From the NCBI GenBank assembly GCA_029960955.1, contig JASBVS010000003.1:6194-70193 (forward strand): 64,000 nt of DNA, in the 5' to 3' direction. The number at the start of each line of letters is the position of its first letter. Position 1 is the stretch's first letter. Source of the DNA: Bacillota bacterium. Its GTDB lineage: Bacteria > Bacillota > Sulfobacillia > JAIMAT01. Below are positions 9,140 through 17,934 of this stretch, piece after piece. Under the pieces are notes generated by a model that was not told the origin of the DNA, did no database searches, and worked only from the letters and a program-made list of their open reading frames with translations. The position numbers were made by a program, and so were the translations under genes.

Positions 9140-10081
9140 TCAGCGCAGGCCACCTCCCGCAGGGGCGGGCGATCCCTCCGCCCGCTCGGCCTGGAGCAGG
9201 GCGGCGCGGGCGCCCCGGGCCCGCTCGAGGAGCCCGGCCAGCTCGCTCGCCCGGCCTTCGCGCAGCGCCGCCTCGAGCGCTCCCAGCGCCAGGCGGAAAC
9301 GCTCCAGCGCCGCCAGGAGCTCCTCGCGGTTGGCCAGGCACATGCCGCTCCCCACCTCGGGGCTGATGGCCACCACGCGGGTGCTGTCCCGGAAGCCGCC
9401 CGCCACCGCCTGGCGGATCCCCTCCGGCTCCTCTTCCGCGGCCACCGCGGCCAGCGCCGCCGCCGCCAGGTAGGGAAGGTGGCTCGTCCGCGCCACCCAG
9501 CGGTCGTGCAGCGCGGCGGCGACGCGGCGCGGCCGGGCGCCCAGCGCCTCCGCCAGGGCGGCGACGCGCGCGAAGGCCTCCTCCCCCTCCCCGGCGGGGA
9601 GGCCACCGCTCCCGCCCGGGCTCGCGCTTCCGCCTCCGCCCCCGGGCGGCGGGCAGAGGAACCAGACGGCGCCGCGGAAGAGGCCCGGGTCGGCCCAGCG
9701 GCCGCCCGTCCGCTCGCTGCCCGCCATGGGATGACCGGGGACGTACCGGCCGGGAGGAAGGAGCGGCGACAGCGCCTCGGCCACGCGCGCCTTGGCCCCG
9801 GCCACGTCGGTGACGACGGCGTCCCCCGCCAGCCAGGGCGCCGCCCGAGCGGCCAGCTCCGGCAGCGCGCCCGGCGGCGCGGCCAGGACGACCAGGGAGG
9901 CCTCCCCCAGCCACTCGCCCAGCCGCTCGTGGACGACGTCCACCGCCCCGGTCTCGGCCGCCACGCGCCGCGCCTCCGGGTCGGGGTCGTAGCCGAGCCG
10001 CCGGAGGCGGCCGCCCAGGCCGAGGCCGACGGAGCCACCGATCAGCCCCAGGCCCAGGATCGCCGCCGCCCGCTCCCGCAT
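9140..10081 (-). CDS. tyrA: Prephenate/arogenate dehydrogenase.
   Basis: Rossmann N-terminus [15 protein letters not shown], then [11 protein letters not shown]...[11 protein letters not shown]. Confidence 0.8.
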   Translation of the reverse strand: MRERAAAILGLGLIGGSVGLGLGGRLRRLGYDPDPEARRVAAETGAVDVVHERLGEWLGEASLVVLAAPPGALPELAARAAPWLAGDAVVTDVAGAKARVAEALSPLLPPGRYVPGHPMAGSERTGGRWADPGLFRGAVWFLCPPPGGGGGSASPGGSGGLPAGEGEEAFARVAALAEALGARPRRVAAALHDRWVARTSHLPYLAAAALAAVAAEEEPEGIRQAVAGGFRDSTRVVAISPEVGSGMCLANREELLAALERFRLALGALEAALREGRASELAGLLERARGARAALLQAERAEGSPAPAGGGLR

Positions 10082-10093
10082 GGCGGGCTCCTC

Positions 10094-11158
10094 CTACCGG
10101 CCGGCGGCCGCCGCCCGCCGCGGGGCGGCCACATGCTCGGGCCGGAGGATCCAGCGGCCGACCGCCTGCGCCACCGCGTCGGCCTGCTCGACCAGGCGGG
10201 CGAGGCGGTCGGGGCGGAGCGACTGGCGCCCGTCGGAGAGCGCCTGGCTCGGATCGGGGTGGACCTCGACGAGCAGGCCGTCCGCGCCGGCGGCCACCGC
10301 GGCCAGCGCCATGGGCGTGACCAGCTCCCAGAGGCCGGTGGCGTGGCTGGGGTCGACCACCACCGGCAGGTGGCTGAGCCGCTTGACCAGCGGCACCGCG
10401 CTCAAGTCGAGCGTGTTCCGCGTGGCGTGCTCGAAGGTGCGGATGCCGCGCTCGCAGAGGATGACGTCGGGGTTGCCGTGGCTGAGGACGTACTCGGCCG
10501 CCAGCAGCCACTCCTCGACGGTGGCCGACATGCCGCGCTTGAGGAGGACGGGCTTGCCGGCGCGGCCCAGCTCCTTGAGGAGCGAGAAGTTCTGCATGTT
10601 GCGCGTGCCCACCTGGAGGACGTCCGCGTACTCCGCCACCAGCTCCACTTCCTGGGGCGCCATCACCTCGGTCACCACGGGCAGGCCGGTCCGCTGGCGC
10701 GCCTCGGCCAGCAGCCGCAGGCCCTCGGCGCCCAGGCCCTGGAAGCTGTAGGGCGAGGTGCGCGGCTTGAAGGCGCCACCGCGGAGGACCGCGGCCCCGG
10801 CCTCGCGGACGGCCTGGGCCGCCTCCAGCAGCTGCTCGCGGCTCTCCACGCTGCAGGGCCCGGCCATGACGACGATGCCCGGGCCCCCCACCTCCACCGG
10901 TCCCGCCCAGACCCGGGACCCCTCGGGGCGGAAGGCCCGGCTGGCCAGCTTGTACGGCTGCTCCAGGCGCACCACCTGCTCCACGCCCGGCAGCCGCAGG
11001 AAGACCTCCTCCGAGAGGCGGCTGACGTCGCCGACCACGCCCACCACCGAACGCAGCTCGCCGTCCGAGCGGTGCGGCCGCAACCCCAGCTCCTCCACCG
11101 CCCGCACCACCCGCTCGATCTCGCTCGCCTCCGCACCCTCGCGCATCACGATGACCAA
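10094..11158 (-). CDS. 3-deoxy-7-phosphoheptulonate (DAHP) synthase, type I-beta, with an N-terminal ACT/ferredoxin-like regulatory domain.
   Basis: N-terminal [26 protein letters not shown] (ACT-like). Catalytic barrel [21 protein letters not shown]...[19 protein letters not shown]...[20 protein letters not shown]...VVDPSHATG. Confidence 0.85.
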   Translation of the reverse strand: MVIVMREGAEASEIERVVRAVEELGLRPHRSDGELRSVVGVVGDVSRLSEEVFLRLPGVEQVVRLEQPYKLASRAFRPEGSRVWAGPVEVGGPGIVVMAGPCSVESREQLLEAAQAVREAGAAVLRGGAFKPRTSPYSFQGLGAEGLRLLAEARQRTGLPVVTEVMAPQEVELVAEYADVLQVGTRNMQNFSLLKELGRAGKPVLLKRGMSATVEEWLLAAEYVLSHGNPDVILCERGIRTFEHATRNTLDLSAVPLVKRLSHLPVVVDPSHATGLWELVTPMALAAVAAGADGLLVEVHPDPSQALSDGRQSLRPDRLARLVEQADAVAQAVGRWILRPEHVAAPRRAAAAGR

Positions 11159-11613
11159 GGTGGTTCCGCCTCCCCCGCCTCGTCGCCGGCCAGATCGGGA
11201 CGCAAGCCCGCGGCTCCGCGCAGATAGACGTGTCGGATCTCATCCGGCCGCCTCGACGTGTTCCAGAGCGCCAGCACCCGGATGCACCGCTCGAGGTGCT
11301 GCGGGCCGGGAGCCTGCGCCAGGTCGAGCAGCGGAACCAGGCTCCAGCCCAGTTCGCGCGCCGCCTTGGACGGATAGAGGGCGCTCAGGTCGGGGGTGAG
11401 GGTGAAGAAGACCGCGGCCAGCTCCTGCGGCACCAGGCCGTTCCGCCGCACCAGCTCGAGCAGGAGCTCCTGCGTCGCCTGGCGGATGGCCGTCGCGGTG
11501 TCGCTCTCGGCGGTGGTGGCTCCGCGGACGCCGCGCAGAGCGAGGCGCGGGCGCGACCCGGGAAGCCGCCGGTCACCCGGCAGAGAGGAAGACCATCTTG
11601 CCGTCTTGCCCAC
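11146..11613 (-). CDS. aroH: Monofunctional chorismate mutase, AroH class.
   Basis: [25 protein letters not shown]...[25 protein letters not shown]...[34 protein letters not shown] is collinear with B. subtilis AroH. GTG start at 11613 with GGGAGGT upstream. It carries a roughly 25-aa N-terminal extension and is the first gene of the aro operon. Confidence 0.8.
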   Translation of the reverse strand: MGKTARWSSSLPGDRRLPGSRPRLALRGVRGATTAESDTATAIRQATQELLLELVRRNGLVPQELAAVFFTLTPDLSALYPSKAARELGWSLVPLLDLAQAPGPQHLERCIRVLALWNTSRRPDEIRHVYLRGAAGLRPDLAGDEAGEAEPPWSS

Positions 11614-11686
11614 GAGGACCTCCCGAAACCCCTACCGTCTTTCCGTCCTGCGCTCCGCCCGCCCGGGGCGGCCGGATTTGCGCTGC

Positions 11687-11715
11687 ACTTTATCACAGGC
11701 CGCCCCGCCCGGCAA
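11687..11715 (-). promoter_or_regulatory. Candidate sigma-A promoter for the aro operon: -35 TTGCCG, 17-nt spacer, extended -10 TGaTAAAGT.
   Basis: The complement of 11710-11715 is TTGCCG and of 11687-11695 is TGATAAAGT, about 75 nt upstream of the aroH GTG. Confidence 0.35.
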
Positions 11716-11830
11716 GATGCGACGGCCTTCCCGGGCCGGAGCGGCCGGGGCAAGGCCGCGACCCGGAGGGAGGGCTGCAGGAAGTCGATTCCCACAGTGG
11801 AAACCTTTTCGCACCCGGAGGGTTCGCGCC

Positions 11831-12901
11831 ATGGGAGACCGCCAGACGAGCCGTACCACCTCGCTGGCCCGGCTGGCCGTCTGGACCGCCAGTCTCGGGC
11901 TCCTCGCGGCGCTGGTCCCGGCCGCGCGGAAGCCCGAGACGGCCTTCCTCTGGCTTTTCGCCCTCTGCTATTCGGGCGCCGTCCTGCTCTCCGTCCGCCT
12001 GCTGCGCCGGGAGCAGCTGCGCCTCTGGCTGGCGGCCTCGGCGCTTCTCGACTTCGGCGCGCTGGCCGCCGCGCAGGCGCTCTTCCCCGTCCCCTACTTC
12101 CAGCCGGGCTACCTCTTCGCCTTCATCTTCTACGCCATCGCCCTCGGCCGCCGCCGGGCGCTGGCGCTGGGCGTCCTGCCCGCGGCGCTGGCGGTGGCCG
12201 TCGACATGGCAGCCGGGCGGCCGAGCCTTCTGCCGCTGGACGCCAGCCTGGCCCTGGTCCTGCTCCTGACCGGCTGGGCGCTGGGCACGCTGAGCGACGA
12301 GCGGAGGCGGCTGCAGCAGGCGCTGGCCGCCTCCGCCCTGACCGACGAACTGACCGGCCTGGCCAACCGTCGCCACCTCTTCCAGCGCTTGCGCCAGGAG
12401 CTGCAACGAAGCGCGCGCACCGGCCGGCCCACCTCGCTCGCCCTCTTCGACGCCGACGCCTTCAAGCAGGTGAACGACCGCGTCGGCCATCCCGCCGGCG
12501 ACCGCGTCCTGGCCGCGGCCGGGCGCGCCATGCTCCATGCCGTCCGCCTCTCCGACCTGCCCGCCCGCTACGGAGGCGACGAGTTCGCCCTGCTGCTGCC
12601 CGAGACGGACGAGAACAGCGCCCGCGCGGTCGCCGAGCGCGTCGCGGCCCGCATGTCGCAGGCCGCCAACGCCGAGGTGGCGCGCCTGGCGCAGGCCGGC
12701 TCGCGGACGCCCGGACGCTCCGGCGGCGAGACGGCTGCCGCCGCGCAGCCGGCCCCCCCGCTCCCCTCCCTCGGCTTCACCTTCGGGGTGGCGGAGAGCC
12801 GCGGCGCCATGACGGCCGAGGAGCTGCTGGCCCTGGTCGACGGCCGGCTCTACGGCCGCAAGCCGCTGCGCGGCGAGCCGCACGATCCCGCCGGCCGGTA
12901 A
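11831..12901 (+). CDS. Diguanylate cyclase (GGDEF domain) with an N-terminal multi-TM membrane domain.
   Basis: GGDEF signature ARYGGDEFALLLPE plus LTGLANRRHLFQRLRQEL...LALFDADAFKQVNDRVGHPAGDRVL. ATG at 11831 with a GGAGGG RBS. The ORF-track start at 11396 is a spurious extension. Confidence 0.8.
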   Translation: MGDRQTSRTTSLARLAVWTASLGLLAALVPAARKPETAFLWLFALCYSGAVLLSVRLLRREQLRLWLAASALLDFGALAAAQALFPVPYFQPGYLFAFIFYAIALGRRRALALGVLPAALAVAVDMAAGRPSLLPLDASLALVLLLTGWALGTLSDERRRLQQALAASALTDELTGLANRRHLFQRLRQELQRSARTGRPTSLALFDADAFKQVNDRVGHPAGDRVLAAAGRAMLHAVRLSDLPARYGGDEFALLLPETDENSARAVAERVAARMSQAANAEVARLAQAGSRTPGRSGGETAAAAQPAPPLPSLGFTFGVAESRGAMTAEELLALVDGRLYGRKPLRGEPHDPAGR

Positions 12902-12955
12902 CCGCCGGCCGGTAGCCGCCGGCGGGGCGGCGGACGCCCGCAGGCGGCTCCGGCG

Positions 12956-13330
12956 CTACTCCGGCACCGCGCGGTGGGCGAGCCCCAGCGCCACGTCGTC
13001 GAGGTAGACCAGGCCGACCCCGGCGAAGACCGCCACGGCCAGGTGGCCGCCGCCGCGGGCGACGCCCAGCTTGCCGCCGATGTTGAAGCCGAGCGCCCGC
13101 TGGCCGACGATGCCCAGCGCCTCCCGCGCCGCGCCGGCCACCGCGCCCTCGTGGGCGTGGATCGGCCGGATGACGCCCTCGCGCCGGGCGGCCACGATGG
13201 CCCGCTCCACCATCTTGGCGAGGCTGGCGACGAAGTCGCCTCCGAGGTCGACGGCGGCGGCGGCGATCCCCTCCGCGCGCAGCTCCTCCTTCAGCCGGGC
13301 TTCCTCTTCGCGCGAGAGCGAGATGGCCAT
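12956..13330 (-). CDS. HutP-family protein (RNA-binding antiterminator family), orphan.
   Basis: 124 aa: MAISLSREEEARLKEEL...GVIRPIHAHEGAVAGAAREALGIVGQRALGFNIGGKLGVARGGGHLAVAVFAGVGLVYLDD. This pattern resembles B. subtilis HutP ([46 protein letters not shown]...). ATG at 13330. It is embedded in frame-shifted fashion within a spurious 776-aa ORF in the track. Confidence 0.55.
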   Translation of the reverse strand: MAISLSREEEARLKEELRAEGIAAAAVDLGGDFVASLAKMVERAIVAARREGVIRPIHAHEGAVAGAAREALGIVGQRALGFNIGGKLGVARGGGHLAVAVFAGVGLVYLDDVALGLAHRAVPE

Positions 13331-13438
13331 GCGCACCGCGGCTCGTCCGACGCTCAGGTTGTCCGGCACGCCCGCACCCCCCGGGGGCCCGCACGGGCCC
13401 GGCGTTCCCGCAGGGTGGCGGCGCGCCGGCCCGGGCGG

Positions 13439-13492
13439 ACGTTGAAACGGCCTAGGGCCTGGAAAGTTGAAGCGGCCTAGACGTTGAAGCGG
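13439..13492. repeat. Stuttered, imperfect 2.5-copy direct repeat of GACGTTGAARCGGCCTAG, duplicating the 3' end and stop codon of ychF.
   Basis: gacgttgaaacggcctag (13439-13456), gttgaagcggcctag (13466-13480) and gacgttgaagcgg (13480-13492). The last copy encodes the ychF C-terminus ...RFNV*. The earlier copies lie in the hutP-family upstream region. Confidence 0.45.
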
Positions 13493-14559
13493 ATGGTGAG
13501 GATGTCGCCATCCTGGACGACGTACTCCTTCCCCTCGACGCGGAGCAGCCCCGCCTCGCGCACGGCCTTCATGGAGCCCAGCCGCGCCAGGTCGTCGAAG
13601 GCGACCACCTCGGCGCGGATGAAGCCGCGCTCCAGGTCGGAGTGGATCTTCCCGGCCGCCCGCTTGGCCGTCGTCCCGGCGGGCACGGGCCAGGCGCGGA
13701 CCTCGTCCTCGCCGGCGGTCAGGAAGGAGACCAGGCCGAGCGAGGCGTAGGCCGCCTTGGCGACGCGCTCGATCCCCGTCTCCTCGATGCCGTAGGCGCG
13801 CATGAACTCCTGCCGGTCGGCCGGCTCCATCTCCGCCACCTCGAGCTCGACGCGGGCGCAGAAGTCGACCGTCCGCTCGCCGTGCCGGGCGGCGTACGCC
13901 TCCAGCTCCTCCCGCCGCGGGTAGTCTCGCCCGCTCCACTGCTCCTCCGACAGGTTGAGCGCCAGCAGGAGCGGCCGCGCGCTGACGAAGGCGTAGTTCC
14001 GGAGGAGGCGCGCCGCCTCCTCGTCGAGGCCCATGTCGCGGACGGGGATCTCCTCGCCCAGCGCCTCCTGGACCCGCTCCAGGAGCGCCAGCGTCGCCTC
14101 CTCCTCGGGGCTGCGGCGCCTCGACTGGCGCAGCCGGCCGGCGGCGCTCTCGGCCACGGCCAGGTCGGCGAGCAGGAGCTCCTGGTCGACGTCGCGCACA
14201 TCGGCCAGGGGGTCGACCCGGCCCCGCGGGTGGGGCAGCTCGGCGCTCTCGAAGGTGCGCACCACGTGGATGAGCGCGTCGGAGGTGCGGACCGCGTTGA
14301 GGAACTCGTTGGTCCGTGCGCGGTCGCCCTGCCCGGGGAGGAAGCCCGCCGTCTCCGTCAGCTGGATGGTGGCCGGCGTCACCTTGCGCGGCTGGTAGAT
14401 CCGCGCCAGGAAGTCCAGGCGCGGATCCGGCACCTGGGCGACGCCGACGCGGACGTCCGCGCGCCCGCCGGCGTGCGCCCCCTCCGTCCGCCCGCCGGTC
14501 AGCAGCCGGAAGAGCGTGCTCTTGCCGGAGAGCGGCAGCCCGATGATCCCGATCTGCAT
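13477..14559 (-). CDS. ychF: Ribosome-binding ATPase YchF (Obg-like GTPase family).
   Basis: MQIGIIGLPLSGKSTLFRLLT...C-terminal TGS domain ...AAGKIHSDLERGFIRAEVVAFDDL...GKEYVVQDGDILTIRFNV. Confidence 0.9.
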   Translation of the reverse strand: MQIGIIGLPLSGKSTLFRLLTGGRTEGAHAGGRADVRVGVAQVPDPRLDFLARIYQPRKVTPATIQLTETAGFLPGQGDRARTNEFLNAVRTSDALIHVVRTFESAELPHPRGRVDPLADVRDVDQELLLADLAVAESAAGRLRQSRRRSPEEEATLALLERVQEALGEEIPVRDMGLDEEAARLLRNYAFVSARPLLLALNLSEEQWSGRDYPRREELEAYAARHGERTVDFCARVELEVAEMEPADRQEFMRAYGIEETGIERVAKAAYASLGLVSFLTAGEDEVRAWPVPAGTTAKRAAGKIHSDLERGFIRAEVVAFDDLARLGSMKAVREAGLLRVEGKEYVVQDGDILTIRFNV

Positions 14560-15351
14560 CTACGCTCGCCTCGCCAGCCGCCGGCTGCCACCCGGGCGCC
14601 GGGCCACCCAGAAGAGCCGGTCGGAGACGGGGACCGGCGGATCGAAGGTGTAGGCGTCGTAGGTGGCGAGGAGCCGGAAGCCCGCCCGCGCCAGCCGCCG
14701 CTCCACCTCGCGGGCGGGGTAGCCGCGCTCGCGGTGGACTTCCTCCAGCCGCTCGTAACAGCCCGGGTGGCCCGGCCTGGGCAGGAAGCCGGTCAGCCGC
14801 ACCTCCCAGACCTGCTCGGCCATGTTCGTCCCGTGCTCCCAGATCAGGTGCCATTCCTCCTCCGGATCGTCCGAGCGGTAGTAGTGGGTCTCCGGCTCCA
14901 CGTGGAGCAGCTTGTACTCGGTGTTCATGTCCATCACCAGGAGCCCGCCGGGCCGCAGGTTCCGGTAGGCGGCCCGGAAGGCCGCCTCCAGCGCCTCCTC
15001 GTCCTCCAGGTAGTTGAGGCTGTCGTAGAGGCAGGTCGCCAGCTCCACCGGCTCCGGCAGCTCGAAGGAGCGGAGGTCCGCCTCCACCCAGGTCACCTCC
15101 AGCCGTTCCGCCTCCGCCTTGCGGCGCGCCACCTCCAGCATCTCCGGCGAGCGGTCGACGCCGTAGACCCGGTACCCCATGCGCGCCCAGGGAAGCGTGG
15201 TGTTGCCCGTGCCGCACGCCAGGTCGGCCACGCTGGAGGGGCGGGCGTCGAAGCGCTCCAGGATGGCCTGGACGTACTCGATCCACTCGGCGTAGGGAAT
15301 CGCCTGCATCACCCGGTCGTAGAGCCGGGCGAAGAAGCTGTAAGGCCTCAC
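14560..15351 (-). CDS. Class I SAM-dependent methyltransferase.
   Basis: Motif I VADLACGTGNTTLPWARMGYRVYGVDRSPEML. GTG start at 15351. Confidence 0.75.
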   Translation of the reverse strand: MRPYSFFARLYDRVMQAIPYAEWIEYVQAILERFDARPSSVADLACGTGNTTLPWARMGYRVYGVDRSPEMLEVARRKAEAERLEVTWVEADLRSFELPEPVELATCLYDSLNYLEDEEALEAAFRAAYRNLRPGGLLVMDMNTEYKLLHVEPETHYYRSDDPEEEWHLIWEHGTNMAEQVWEVRLTGFLPRPGHPGCYERLEEVHRERGYPAREVERRLARAGFRLLATYDAYTFDPPVPVSDRLFWVARRPGGSRRLARRA

Positions 15352-15467
15352 GGCTGCACCTCCGGCCGCCCTCCCGCGTTCATGCTGTCACTATCCGGCC
15401 GCCCCCCGGGGGCGTCAAGCCGCTCGGCCCGCGCCCGGCGCGCCGGCCGGGCTCCGGCGGCAGCGGC

Positions 15468-17141
15468 TCAGCGGCCGCGCAGCCCGCGCAGCGCCTGGAC
15501 GGCGAGGGCCAGGACGAGGAGCGCTCCGACGGCCAGCGCGGCCCGGGCGTAGCGCGGCGAGTGGAGGAGCGGCAGCGGTCCCTGCAGCGAGACGGCCAGC
15601 AGGAGGCCGGCGGCCAGGATGCTGAGCGCCAGGAGCAGGAGCGCCTGCGCCAGCCGCCCCGCGGACCGCTCGATGGTCCGCGCCGTCCGCTCGAGCTGCT
15701 CGCTCCGCACCTCGAGCCCGATCCGCCCCGCCTCCAGGCGGCGCAGCAGCCCCACCATCGCCGCAGGAAGCTCGCCCAGGTCGCGGACGCTCTCGCCGGC
15801 CGTCTCCGTCACCCTGCGCGCGATCCTGCGCGGGTCGAGCCGCTGCCGCAGGAGCTCGCGCCCGTACGGTTCGGCCAGCTCGACGACGCTGACGGAGGGG
15901 TCCAGCCGCTCGACCACGCCCTCCAGCGTGATGAGCGTCTTGCCCAGGACGGTGAAGTCGCCCGGGATGCGGATGCGGTGCTTCCAGGCCAGGCCCAGGA
16001 TCGAGCGGACCGCCTCGCCGATGGGGATCTCGCGCAGCGGCCGCTCGTAGAAGCGGTCGCGGATCTCCTCCACCTCTTCCTCGAAGCGGGGGAGGTCGAG
16101 GTCGTCCGGGGCGATGCCCATCTCCAGGATGGCACGCACGATGGCGCCCGCGTCCTGCTGGAGAAGCGCCACGGCCAGCGCCGAGAACTGTTCGCGGCGG
16201 GCCAGGCCCAGGCGCCCCACCATGCCGAAGTCGAGGTAGGCGATACGCCCGTCGCGCAGGACGAGGACGTTGCCCGGGTGCGGATCGGCGTGGAAGAGGC
16301 CCAGCTTGAAGATCTGGTCGAACATGGAGGTGGCGATCAGCCGCGCCACGCGCTCCGGCTCCTCCAGCCGCTCCTGGCCGGCGAGGATGCGGCTCAGGTG
16401 GACGCCGTCCACCCAGGCGAGGGTCAGCAGCCGGCTGCCGCTCAGCTCGGGGAAGACGCCCGGGATGACCACGTCGCGGGAGCCCGCGAAGAAGCGGCCG
16501 ACGCGGGCCGTGTGGGTCGCCTCCTGCGCGTAGTCCAGCTCCCGGTCGAGCATCCGGCCCAGCTCCTCGGCGATCTCGACGAAGCTGGTCGGCCCCCGGC
16601 GCGGGAGGCGCCGGTCGGCGAGGGCCGCCAGCTCCTTGAGCAGGTCGAGGTCGACGCCCACCTGCTCGCGGACGCCGGGCCGCTGGACCTTGACCGCCAC
16701 CTCGCGCCCGTCGTGGAGGACGGCGTGGTGGACCTGGCCCAGGCTGGCGGCGGCCACGGGCACCGGGTCGAAGGTGCGGAAGCTCTCGCCCAGCGGCCTC
16801 CCCAGCTCCGCCTCGATCACCCGGCGCGCCTCGGCGAAGGGGAAGGGCTGCACCTGCTCCTGGAGCTTCGACAGCTCCGCCAGGATGTCGGGCGGCAGCA
16901 GGTCGGCGCGGGTGGAGGCGAGCTGGCCCAGCTTGACGAAGGTGGGGCCCAGCTCCTCCAGCATGCGGCGGATCCGCTCCGCGCGGCTCAACCGCGCCAG
17001 CTCGGGCCGCCCGCGGAGAGGCGTGAGCGGGGCCAGCCCGGCGAGGCCGAGCTGGCCCAGCACCCACCCGAAGCCGAAGCGCCCCAGCGTCCTGGCGACC
17101 TGCCGGAAGCGGTCGAGCTGACGGATGCGCCGGCCGAGCAA
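15468..17141 (-). CDS. ubiB: ABC1/UbiB-family atypical kinase with a C-terminal TM segment.
   Basis: LGPTFVKLGQLASTRADLLP...AAASLGQVHHAVL...FHADPHPGNVLV...YLDFGMVGRL. The start is moved to TTG at 17141 (RBS AGAGGAGGT 6 nt upstream), versus ATG at 17171 in the ORF track. Confidence 0.75.
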   Translation of the reverse strand: MLGRRIRQLDRFRQVARTLGRFGFGWVLGQLGLAGLAPLTPLRGRPELARLSRAERIRRMLEELGPTFVKLGQLASTRADLLPPDILAELSKLQEQVQPFPFAEARRVIEAELGRPLGESFRTFDPVPVAAASLGQVHHAVLHDGREVAVKVQRPGVREQVGVDLDLLKELAALADRRLPRRGPTSFVEIAEELGRMLDRELDYAQEATHTARVGRFFAGSRDVVIPGVFPELSGSRLLTLAWVDGVHLSRILAGQERLEEPERVARLIATSMFDQIFKLGLFHADPHPGNVLVLRDGRIAYLDFGMVGRLGLARREQFSALAVALLQQDAGAIVRAILEMGIAPDDLDLPRFEEEVEEIRDRFYERPLREIPIGEAVRSILGLAWKHRIRIPGDFTVLGKTLITLEGVVERLDPSVSVVELAEPYGRELLRQRLDPRRIARRVTETAGESVRDLGELPAAMVGLLRRLEAGRIGLEVRSEQLERTARTIERSAGRLAQALLLLALSILAAGLLLAVSLQGPLPLLHSPRYARAALAVGALLVLALAVQALRGLRGR

Positions 17142-17235
17142 AGGGTTACCTCCTCTGGCCATTCTAGCCATATCCGACTCCGCTCCCCACCGGACGCGCC
17201 CCGCAGGCCGCCCCCGGCAGGCGCCCTAGAGCGGG

Positions 17236-17244
17236 TGCTATACT
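17236..17244 (+). promoter_or_regulatory. Candidate extended -10 (TGcTATACT) promoter element for sdhCAB.
   Basis: An AT-rich -10-like hexamer with upstream TG lies in the divergent intergenic region between ubiB and sdhC, about 75 nt upstream of the sdhC TTG. Confidence 0.3.
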
Positions 17245-17317
17245 TTTAGCCGTGTCGAGCATCATTGCCGCCGCTCGGCGGCCCGGACCGGGCGCACGGC
17301 GAAGGGAGAGAGGGCGA

Positions 17318-17917
17318 TTGCGCGTCAGCCACTTTTTCTGGAGCCGGCTGCATTCGCTCAGCGGTGTGGTGCCCGTCGGCGTCTTCCTCATCTTCCATCT
17401 CTGGGCGAACTCGGCGGCCTTCGCCGGACCCGCGGCCTACAACCGCGTCGTCCGGCTGCTGGAAAGCCTGCCGGCTCTGATCGTGGTCGAGACGCTCTTC
17501 ATCTTCATCCCCATCCTCTACCACGCGATCTACGGATTCGTGATCATGCGATCGGCCCGGTACAACGTCAATCGTTATCCCTTCGCTCGAAATTGGTATT
17601 TTGTGCTCCAGCGCGCCACCGGCGTAATTGTTTTCGTCTTCATCGTCTACCACGTTCTCACCATGCGCTTCGTCGGGCCGGCCGCCAGCTTCGCCAAGGT
17701 GGCGTCGGAGCTCTCCAACCCCTGGGGGCTGGCCTTCTATATCGTCGGCATCCTCTCCGCCACCTGGCACCTCGCCAACGGGTTCTGGCTCTTCGGGATC
17801 GACTGGGGCATCCTGGTCAGCCCGCGGGCGCAGCAGGTGGCCGGGTGGGTGCTGGCCGTCTTCTTCGTGGCGCTGAGCGTGCTGGGCGTCGGTTCAGCCA
17901 TCGCCTTCGTGGCGTAG
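17318..17917 (+). CDS. sdhC: Succinate dehydrogenase cytochrome b558 subunit (Bacillus type).
   Basis: VSHFFWSRLHSLSGVVPVGVFLIFHLWANS... with five TM helices and His ligands. TTG start at 17318 after GGGAGAGAGGG. It is about 200 aa, matching B. subtilis SdhC. Confidence 0.8.
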   Translation: MRVSHFFWSRLHSLSGVVPVGVFLIFHLWANSAAFAGPAAYNRVVRLLESLPALIVVETLFIFIPILYHAIYGFVIMRSARYNVNRYPFARNWYFVLQRATGVIVFVFIVYHVLTMRFVGPAASFAKVASELSNPWGLAFYIVGILSATWHLANGFWLFGIDWGILVSPRAQQVAGWVLAVFFVALSVLGVGSAIAFVA

Positions 17918-17934
17918 GCAAGGGGGGAGAGACG

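Noticed and set aside
13439-13492. Possible CRISPR-like or minisatellite array (the same question applies to the 15-bp tandem repeats at 53585-53619).
   Set aside because: There are only 2 to 3 copies and the spacers are far too short (5-10 bp). No cas genes are present and no leader is found. They are better explained as slippage duplications or operator repeats.
12956-15286. 776-aa minus-strand ORF spanning the hutP-like gene, ychF and the methyltransferase region. Similar giant ORFs occur at 47564-51244 (1226 aa), 60990-63923 (977 aa), 6946-10038 (1030 aa), 7815-11243 (1142 aa), 33809-36829 and 35794-39042.
   Set aside because: They are low-complexity Arg/Gly/Ala/Pro-rich translations. 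They are antisense to, or out-of-frame merges of, well-conserved genes. They are typical stop-codon-poor artefacts of about 70% GC DNA. The conserved domains always sit in a sub-segment with its own start and RBS.
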